Below, piece after piece: positions 19,336-28,265 of a stretch of 28,265 nt of DNA. The DNA lies in the NCBI GenBank assembly GCA_035553555.1, contig DATMKC010000288.1, positions 1 to 28,265 on the forward strand, in the 5' to 3' direction. The position numbers were made by a program, and so were the translations under genes. The notes under the pieces were generated by a model. That model was not told the DNA's origin. It made no database searches and was given only the letters and a program-made list of their open reading frames with translations. Source of the DNA: Egibacteraceae bacterium (GTDB lineage: Bacteria > Actinomycetota > Nitriliruptoria > Euzebyales > Egibacteraceae). The first letter of the stretch is position 1, and each line of letters opens with the position of its first letter.

Positions 19336-19944
19336 CGCGCGGACGCGGCGCAGATCATCGACGAAGTCGGCGCGCTGCGCGGCGCGGCGCTCGCCGGCGC
19401 GCAGGATCGACGAGGGGTGCACGGTGGCGACGTAGCGCACGCCGTCGCGCTCGTGCACCTGGCCGCGCTCGCGCGTCACCCGGAAGGAGCGTCCCAGCAG
19501 GCCCTGCGCGGCGGTGGCGCCGAGCGGCACGACCAGTTCCGGGCGGACCACGGCGAGCTCCGCCTCCAGCCACGGCCGGCACGCCTCGACGTGCTCGGCG
19601 TTCGGCTTGGCGTGGATGCGCTTGCCGCCCTTGCCCGCCTGCGCTTTCCAGCGGAAGTGCTTGACGATGTTGGTGAGGTAGACGTCGGCGCGGGCGATGC
19701 CGGCCTCCTCCAGGGCCTCGTCCAGCAGGCGGCCGGCCGGCCCCACGAACGGGTGCCCCTCGCGGTCCTCGCGGTCGCCGGGCTGCTCGCCCACCAGCAG
19801 CAGCCGCGCCCGCCGCGGCCCCTCGCCGAACACGGTCTGCGTACCGGTGCGCCACAGCTCGCAGGCCTGGCAGCCGGCCGCGGCCTCGCGCAGCTTCGGC
19901 AGCGTGGGGCGCTCCGGGACCAGCGCCGCCGCCGTGGCGCTCAC
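19324..19944 (-). CDS. udgX: UdgX-type family 4 uracil-DNA glycosylase (Fe-S)
   Basis: CQAC, motif A GEQPG, TNIVKHF, extended R-loop GGKRIH, C-x-PWL and motif B HPSSILR. GTG 19944 overlaps the DUF1028 stop; 206 aa. Confidence 0.85.
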   Translation of the reverse strand: MSATAAALVPERPTLPKLREAAAGCQACELWRTGTQTVFGEGPRRARLLLVGEQPGDREDREGHPFVGPAGRLLDEALEEAGIARADVYLTNIVKHFRWKAQAGKGGKRIHAKPNAEHVEACRPWLEAELAVVRPELVVPLGATAAQGLLGRSFRVTRERGQVHERDGVRYVATVHPSSILRAGERRAAQRADFVDDLRRVRALLA

Positions 19945-20627
19945 ACCAGCCCCGCGTGGTCGTCGGCGTGCAGGCCGCCCTGGCTGTCCTGGCGCGTCGG
20001 CAGCCGCAGGATCTGGGGCAGCAGCGTCTCGGCGATGTCGTCGCGCAGGTCGGTCAGCGCCTCCAGCGGCCGGTCGCTGTCGTCGATGCGCAGGTCCCAC
20101 AGCGGGTAGCGCTCGGTGGCCACCACGAGGACCGACGCCGAGCGGGCGCCGCGCCGGTCCCCGCCGGCCTTCTCCCCCGCGATCAGCGCGCCGATGAGCC
20201 GGTCGACGAGGTCGCTGCCGGGCGACCCGGCGTAGGCCTCCAGGCAGGCGTCCAGCGTCTCGGGGCCCTCCAGCAGGTTGCCCTGGACGGCGACGTCCTG
20301 CTCGCTGCGGTGGCCGGCCCAGCGCTCGCAGCGCTCGCCGGTGTAGGCGGCGCTGGTGCCGTGCGCGTCGACCATGCCGACCTGGCGCAGGCGCCGGTCG
20401 TCGTCCATGGCGACCACGGCGCGCAGCGTGCGCTCTGCGGGGTGGCCGTTGCCCATGAGGTCCAGACCGTCGACGCCCAGGTAGGGGTTCACCCAGGCCT
20501 GCGTGGCCACCGCGCCGACGCCCGCCTCCGCCCAGGTGACGAGCTGGCCGACGCCGGGCGTGCCGGTCACCGCACCGACGCCGAGCTGCCCGGTGCGCGC
20601 GCAGCGCGCGACGATCGAGAACGTCAT
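19941..20627 (-). CDS. DUF1028 family protein (Ntn-hydrolase-like)
   Basis: MTFSIVARC..TGQLGV, AGVGAVATQ, RQVGMVD..G..AAYTG, VQGNLL and GGDRRG..SA. Confidence 0.88.
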   Translation of the reverse strand: MTFSIVARCARTGQLGVGAVTGTPGVGQLVTWAEAGVGAVATQAWVNPYLGVDGLDLMGNGHPAERTLRAVVAMDDDRRLRQVGMVDAHGTSAAYTGERCERWAGHRSEQDVAVQGNLLEGPETLDACLEAYAGSPGSDLVDRLIGALIAGEKAGGDRRGARSASVLVVATERYPLWDLRIDDSDRPLEALTDLRDDIAETLLPQILRLPTRQDSQGGLHADDHAGLV

Positions 20628-20650
20628 GGCGTGCTGCTACCCGGTGCGGC

Positions 20651-20902
20651 TCAGTCCCAGACGCGGTCCAGCCGCCAGGCGCCGCCCTCGCGCACCAGCT
20701 CGTAGACGCCGGCGCCCACCTCCACGCGCCACAGGTCGCGCTGGGGCACCGCCATGCCGCCGCCCTCCCACCAGCCGGCGTCCTCCCGCCAGTGGCCCAG
20801 CACGCCCCGCACGCGGTAGGCGGCGCCACGCCAGCGGAACGCCGACGGGGCGCCCCGCTCGGTGGTCTGCACCTCGACGGGCTCGCGGTAGCGCTTGCTC
20901 AT
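20651..20902 (-). CDS. Stand-alone DUF6504 / ImuB C-terminal-like small protein
   Basis: 83 aa: MSKRYREPVEV..PSAFRWRGAAYRVRGVLGHWREDAGWW....RDLWRVE...VYEL....WRLDRVWD. The WW..RD.W/Y..W pattern resembles the ImuB-C tail. An in-frame GTG at 20932 is an alternative start. Confidence 0.75.
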   Translation of the reverse strand: MSKRYREPVEVQTTERGAPSAFRWRGAAYRVRGVLGHWREDAGWWEGGGMAVPQRDLWRVEVGAGVYELVREGGAWRLDRVWD

Positions 20903-20924
20903 CGCCGCCTGGCCTCGCACCCTG

Positions 20925-20940
20925 TCGAACACATGTTCGC
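20925..20940. promoter_or_regulatory. LexA (SOS) box upstream of the DUF6504 gene
   Basis: TCGAACACATGTTCGC, the exact reverse complement of the box at 14358-14373. TACCGT (-10-like) lies at 20947-20942 on the minus strand. Confidence 0.9.
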
Positions 20941-20984
20941 TACGGTACCCGGTCGGCGGGCGCGGCACCAGCCCGGCCGGCCGG

Positions 20985-21884
20985 CTACGGCTCCGGCAGC
21001 GCCTGCTCCAGGAACGCCTCGGCCAGCGTCGCGGGGTCGCGTCCCCGGGCCACCTCCGCGTTGAGCTCCCCCAGGGCGCGCGTGTCGAGCACGCGCGCCA
21101 GCGGCTGCAGCGCCCCGGCCAGGCCCGGATGGCGCGCCAGCGCGGCGGCGCGGGCCACCGGCGCCACCACGAAGGCCGGGAAGATCGCCAGTTCGTCGGC
21201 GACGGGCACCAGCCCGGCGGCGCGCGCCTCCCCGGACGTCGCCGTGGCCAGCCCGGCGAAGCACGAGCCCGCCGCGACGCGGCGGATCGCCGTGGCCTCG
21301 TCCGCCGCGACCACGCGCAGGCGGTCCATGCCAATGGCGTAGGCCTCCGCCAGCGCGTCCAGGCCGCCGTCGCGGCGCACGAAGTCGCGGTCGGCGCACA
21401 GGGCGGCCTCGCCGCCGGACAGCACGCCGGCCAGCCAGCTCATACCGCGCGGGGAGCCCTCCGGCGGCAGCGCGTCGCCGCGCACGTACAGCGCCAGGGT
21501 CGCGTTGGCCGCGGTCGGCTCCAGCCACACCAGGCCGCGGTCCTCGTCGGCGCGGCGCACGCGCTGGTAGCTCTCGTCGGTGTCGGCGGGCGGGGCCTGC
21601 TCCCCCATGCCGAGCGCCCACGCCGCGCCGGTGTAGTCCCACCACAGCTCCACGTTGCCGCGCAGGCCCTCGCGCCGCAGGCCCACGGTGCCGCCCAGGT
21701 CGGGGCGGGGCTCCACGCGGATGCCCGCCCGGTCCAGCGCCACCACGGTGAGCGCGGCGAGCATGCGCTGCTCGGCGGTGGAGCCCACGCCCAGGGTCAC
21801 CACCGCGTCCTCACCGCCGCCGCGGCAGCCGGCGACGGCCGCGCACAGCGCCAGTGACGCGGCCAGAACCCGACGGCGACCCAT
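20985..21884 (-). CDS. Glycine betaine/OpuAC-type ABC transporter substrate-binding lipoprotein
   Basis: Lipobox VAGC, STAEQRMLA, GGT..LREG..GNVELWWDYTG, WLEPT.ANATLAL, FVRRDGGL and LDTRALGELNAEV. ATG 21884 lies 7 nt after CAGACT. Confidence 0.8.
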   Translation of the reverse strand: MGRRRVLAASLALCAAVAGCRGGGEDAVVTLGVGSTAEQRMLAALTVVALDRAGIRVEPRPDLGGTVGLRREGLRGNVELWWDYTGAAWALGMGEQAPPADTDESYQRVRRADEDRGLVWLEPTAANATLALYVRGDALPPEGSPRGMSWLAGVLSGGEAALCADRDFVRRDGGLDALAEAYAIGMDRLRVVAADEATAIRRVAAGSCFAGLATATSGEARAAGLVPVADELAIFPAFVVAPVARAAALARHPGLAGALQPLARVLDTRALGELNAEVARGRDPATLAEAFLEQALPEP

Positions 21885-21987
21885 GCCGGCCAGTCTGCCA
21901 GTTGGGCGCGCCCGGCCGGGGGCGACTACCCTAGTGCGGGCGCGCCCGCCGCCACTCCCGCCTCCTGGAGACAAGGACCGTGTTCGC

Positions 21988-22851
21988 ATGCACCGACGCA
22001 CGTTTCTGAAGTCCATGGGTGTGCTGGCCGGCACGGTCGGCACCGGCGGCCTGCTGGCCGCCTGCGGCGACGACGAGCCCACGGGCACCGAGCCGGCCAC
22101 GGAGGCCGCCCAGCTCAACGTGATCCACGCGTCCCTGGAGACGCTGGCCGGCGAGGGCCGCCGGTTCGCGTTCGGCCTGACCACGCTGAGCAACGTGCCG
22201 GTGAAGGCCGCCGAGGCCACCGTGCGCGTGCGCACCATGGACGGCGCGCCGGTGGGCGAGCCGGCGAGCGCGGAGTTCCACGACGAGGGCGGCTCGCCGC
22301 TGGGCCTGTACGTGGCGCGCATCGACGTGCCGCAGGCCGGCACCTACGAGGTCGAGGTCAGCGCCGCCGAAGGCGTCGGCACCGTGGCGATCAGCGTGAT
22401 CGCGCCGGAGGACTCCACTGTGCCGGTGCCCGGCCAGGCCGCGGTGGCGACGGCCACGCCGACGCACGCCGCGCCGCTGGGCGTCGCAGCGGTCTGCACC
22501 AACGAGCCCGGCTGCGGCATGCACGAGGTCAGCCTGGACCAGGCACTGGCCGACGGGCGCCCCGTCGCGCTGCTGTTCGCCACGCCCGCGTACTGCACCA
22601 GCGCCCTGTGCGCGCCGGCCGTGAACACGCTGGCCGAGGTGGGCGACGACCGCGACTGGGGCGACGTCGCGTTCGTGCACGTGGAGATCTTCTCCGACGA
22701 GGGCCAGACGGTGCTGCAGGCGGTGTCCGACTGGGGCCTGCGCAGCGAGCCGTGGTTCTTCACCATCGACCGCGACGGCAAGGTCGCCGACCGCATCGAC
22801 GGCCCGCTGCTGGCCAGCGAGCTCACGCAACTCGTCGAAGCCGTCGCCTGA
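21988..22851 (+). CDS. Tat-exported lipoprotein with C-terminal thioredoxin-like domain
   Basis: MHRRTFLK twin-arginine motif and lipobox LAAC; CTNEPGCGMH, FATPAYCTSALCAP, FVHVEIF and W.L.SEPWFFTIDRDGKV. Confidence 0.75.
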   Translation: MHRRTFLKSMGVLAGTVGTGGLLAACGDDEPTGTEPATEAAQLNVIHASLETLAGEGRRFAFGLTTLSNVPVKAAEATVRVRTMDGAPVGEPASAEFHDEGGSPLGLYVARIDVPQAGTYEVEVSAAEGVGTVAISVIAPEDSTVPVPGQAAVATATPTHAAPLGVAAVCTNEPGCGMHEVSLDQALADGRPVALLFATPAYCTSALCAPAVNTLAEVGDDRDWGDVAFVHVEIFSDEGQTVLQAVSDWGLRSEPWFFTIDRDGKVADRIDGPLLASELTQLVEAVA

Positions 22852-22907
22852 CGGCCCGCCGGTCGCCAGCGGACCTCGCTTGCGGCGCTCACCACCTCGC
22901 AGATGTT

Positions 22908-22939
22908 CTGGGCAGAAAGATGTACGTCTTTCTGCCCAG
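22908..22939. promoter_or_regulatory. Perfect 13-bp inverted repeat; probable toxin-antitoxin operator
   Basis: CTGGGCAGAAAGA-tgtacg-TCTTTCTGCCCAG directly upstream of, and touching, the antitoxin AGGAG SD. Confidence 0.65.
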
Positions 22940-22953
22940 GAGATGGTGCGTTG

Positions 22954-23232
22954 GTGCATCCGGTGACGACGACAGAGGCCCGTGAAGGCCTGACTTCGAC
23001 GGTGCGCCGCTTCCGCGAGGAAGGCGTCCGAGCGGAACCAGTGATATTCGGCTCCCATCGCAAGCCCGAGGCGGTGGTCCTGCCGTACGAGGCGTACGAG
23101 GAACTCCGGGAGCTCGCCGAGGAGCTCATCGTGGCGCAACGGCTGCGGGAGCGCGACGCACGCGACAGCGGGGCACGCCGGTCGCTGCGTGACGTCGCCG
23201 GCCACTTCGGCATCGATCTCGACACCCTGTGA
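22954..23232 (+). CDS. Phd/YefM-like type II antitoxin
   Basis: VHPVTTTEAREGLTSTV..., GSHRKPEAVVLPYEAYE and an acidic tail. Start is GTG 22954 or TTG 22951 after AGGAG; codon usage is less GC3-biased than neighbours. Confidence 0.8.
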   Translation: MHPVTTTEAREGLTSTVRRFREEGVRAEPVIFGSHRKPEAVVLPYEAYEELRELAEELIVAQRLRERDARDSGARRSLRDVAGHFGIDLDTL

Positions 23233-23626
23233 GCTTCTCGCGCGTCCGGTCACCGAGGACGCGGTCGCCGATGTTGAGGACTTGCGTCGCACTGATGAGC
23301 GTCTGCTGGTGGAGGCCCTGCGAATCGCCAAACGCGTCGACGAGCGCACCCTCGCCGGCAAGCAGCTCCGCTACTTCTCCAAGACCGGCGACCTGACGGA
23401 TTGCTTTCGCGTCTACTTCGGCGCCGCGCACGGTGAGGACACGCACCGGATGGTGTTTCGGGAGCTCGACGATGGCGCCGAAGTCGTCGAGGTCGTGGTC
23501 CTCGCCGAGCGGGATGCAGACATCCCGTACCTGCTCGCGGCCCTTCGCCTTGGCCGGCTGGACGACCCACTGAGGCAAGCAGATGCGCGGCGACGGATCG
23601 CGAAGGCGCGCAGGAAGCGCGATTGA
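23229..23626 (+). CDS. RelE/ParE-like type II toxin, apparently with a one-base frameshift near 23232-23250
   Basis: GTG 23229 overlaps the antitoxin TGA and reads MSFSRVR. The body (VTEDAVADVEDL, GDLTDCFRVYF, RMVFRE, VEVVVLAER) is in the -1 frame; 398 nt is one short of 133 codons. Confidence 0.7.
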
Positions 23627-23645
23627 GTGCGGCGCGCCGCCGAGC

Positions 23646-26749
<3,104 letters not shown>

Positions 26750-26751
26750 TT

Positions 26752-26848
26752 CTGGCTCCCTTCGCCGGCATGACCCGGATCAGGTGGTGACGGTCGGAAC
26801 CGCGCGGTTCCCTCTCAGCCCGCTGGACTCGCGGACTCCCGTGCTGGT
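26752..26848 (-). ncRNA. TPP riboswitch
   Basis: Minus strand CACGGGAG...GGGCTGAGAGG...GACCGT..CACCTGATCCGGGTCATGCCGGCGAAGGGAG. The aptamer 3' end is the thiO SD, 6 nt before GTG; TATGCT -10 at 26860-26855. Confidence 0.95.
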
Positions 26849-26869
26849 ACTCCCAGCATATGCGCCTCG

Positions 26870-27220
26870 CTACAGGGCGGGGTCGGCGAGGTTCAGGGAG
26901 GCGAGGCGCTGTTCGAGCCTGTCGATCTCGCCGGTGACGGCGGCGGCGTCGCGGGCGAGCCTCGCGTCGAACTGCGGGTACAGGATCTGGAAGCTGGTCT
27001 CGGCGGCGCCGATCTGCCAGCCCATCGCCTCGCAGAACTCCCCCAGCTCGAACTCCCACGTGAACAGCAGCTCGCGCCCGTCGTCGTGGACCCACTCGGT
27101 GAGGTAGCGGTTGGGCTTGCGCGCGTACTGCAGCAGCCCCTGGCGGTCCCGCTGGAGCAGGTGGAACCCCAGCCCCGCGAGCTCCGCGGCGAACCCGTCC
27201 GATCCGTTCGTGCCGGCCAT
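26870..27220 (-). CDS. Hypothetical protein (116 aa)
   Basis: This is the C-terminal part of ORF 26870-28264, from MAGTNG. Codons are GC3-rich, the sequence looks globular (LFTWEF, GWQIG, LYPQFD), and TAGGCT lies 8 nt before ATG 27220. Confidence 0.75.
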   Translation of the reverse strand: MAGTNGSDGFAAELAGLGFHLLQRDRQGLLQYARKPNRYLTEWVHDDGRELLFTWEFELGEFCEAMGWQIGAAETSFQILYPQFDARLARDAAAVTGEIDRLEQRLASLNLADPAL

Positions 27221-27316
27221 GGGGCCGAAGCCTACCGTCGCGCCCCGCTCACCGTGTCCGCCGGACAGGGGCAGCCAGGGAGGAATGTCCGGTTGGCGGA
27301 CATAGACTCGACCGGG

Positions 27317-28265
27317 ATGGAACCCGGATCTCCGAGGACCGAGAGCCTGCGCGACGTGCTGGCCGGCCGCTACCGGCTGGACGCGCGCGTCGGGGCAGGC
27401 GGCATGGCCACGATCTACCGCGCCCGCGACCTCACGCTGGACCGCGACGTGGCCGTCAAAGTGCTGCACCCGCACCTGATGGACGACGACGGGCTGCGGG
27501 AGCGCTTCCGCACCGAGGCGCGGCACGCCGCCCGGCTGCTGCACCCCAACATCGTCAACGTGTTCGACACCGGCGACCGCGAAGATCCCGACGGGCTGCC
27601 CGCGGGCTCCCCCGCGAACCTGCCCTGGATCGTCATGGAGTACGTGGACGGGCCGTCCCTGCGCGACGTGCTGCGCGAGCGCGAGCGCCTGTCCCCGCGC
27701 GAGGCGCTGTCCATCACCGAGCCCGTCGCCCGGGCGCTCGCCCGCGCGCACGGCGGCGGCGTGGTGCACCGCGACATCAAGCCGGAGAACGTGCTGATCG
27801 CCGCCGACGGCACCCCCAAGGTCGCCGACTTCGGCATCGCGCGGGCGCTGGCCGAGACCAGCCACACGCAGACCGGCACGCTCATCGGCAGCGTGCACTA
27901 CATGGCCCCGGAGCTCGTCAGCGGCAAGCCGGCGACCGCGGCCACCGACCAGTACGGCCTCGGCGTGCTCCTCTACGAGCTGCTCACCGGCACGCAGCCG
28001 CTGCCGGCGGAGTCGCCCATGGCGATCGCGCTGCGCCACGCCCAGGAGGCGATCCCGCCGCCGAGCGCGGTCAACCCCGAGGTGCCCGCCGCCCTGGACG
28101 CCGTGGTGGCGCGGGCCACCGCGCACGCCGCCGAGGACCGCTTCCCGGACATGGAGTCCTTCGCCGCCGCGCTGCGCGCCGCCGTGCCGGACGGGCCGGA
28201 GCCCGTGGTGGTGCACCGGCCCGTCCGGCACGGCGGCGCGCAGCGCGGCGGCGAAGGACTCCATG
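27317..28265 (+). CDS. Hanks-type Ser/Thr protein kinase, PknB/PknL-like (3'-truncated; sequence after about 28215 is fold-back)
   Basis: Not in the ORF track (no stop). Motifs [42 protein letters not shown] and YMAPE; TAGACT lies 8 nt before ATG 27317. Confidence 0.92.
   Translation, partial: MEPGSPRTESLRDVLAGRYRLDARVGAGGMATIYRARDLTLDRDVAVKVLHPHLMDDDGLRERFRTEARHAARLLHPNIVNVFDTGDREDPDGLPAGSPANLPWIVMEYVDGPSLRDVLRERERLSPREALSITEPVARALARAHGGGVVHRDIKPENVLIAADGTPKVADFGIARALAETSHTQTGTLIGSVHYMAPELVSGKPATAATDQYGLGVLLYELLTGTQPLPAESPMAIALRHAQEAIPPPSAVNPEVPAALDAVVARATAHAAEDRFPDMESFAAALRAAVPDGPEPVVVHRPVRHGGAQRGGEGLH
28150..28265. repeat. Perfect 50-bp inverted repeat ending exactly at the window end (fold-back)
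   Basis: 28150-28199 is the exact reverse complement of 28216-28265, with a 16-nt spacer. Confidence 0.95.

Noticed and set aside
26797-26811. GGAAC...GTTCC as a third LexA box
   Set aside because: The spacer is 6 nt rather than 4, and it is a stem of the TPP riboswitch.
27285-27305. Mini-ORF MSGWRT upstream of the kinase
   Set aside because: The GGAGG is too close to the ATG, and its stop is simply part of the TAGACT -10 element.
28150-28265. Hairpin telomere of a linear replicon
   Set aside because: It interrupts a chromosomal kinase gene and no protelomerase is present; a fold-back artefact is simpler.

Overview
A very GC-rich actinobacterial chromosomal segment; LexA box type, DUF3040, leaderless-style promoters and the dcw neighbourhood all point to Actinomycetota. 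Left to right it holds: the start of the dcw cluster (mraZ, a 51-aa membrane ORF, rsmH, probable ftsL) with its MraZ-box promoter; an HNH nuclease; a MoxR-DUF58-transglutaminase-DUF3040 cluster; a GNAT and a crotonase; a translationally coupled dnaE2-dinB pair under a LexA box; an acyltransferase and lipoproteins; aceE; a second LexA-boxed unit (DUF6504/ImuB-C-like, DUF1028, UdgX); an orphan ABC substrate-binding lipoprotein; a Tat lipoprotein; a type II toxin-antitoxin pair; a TPP-riboswitch-controlled thiO-thiS-thiG-orf-thiE operon; and a truncated Ser/Thr kinase. The most interesting signal is a dispersed SOS module: an identical 16-bp LexA box precedes both dnaE2-dinB and a stand-alone ImuB-C-like gene, suggesting a split mutasome, possibly linked to UdgX. 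A palindromic element family also appears both intergenically and in-frame inside dnaE2. Caveats: dnaE2 and the toxin each lack one base, and the last 50 bp are a perfect fold-back, so sequence or assembly artefacts are likely present. All family assignments come from motif recognition by eye, not database searches.
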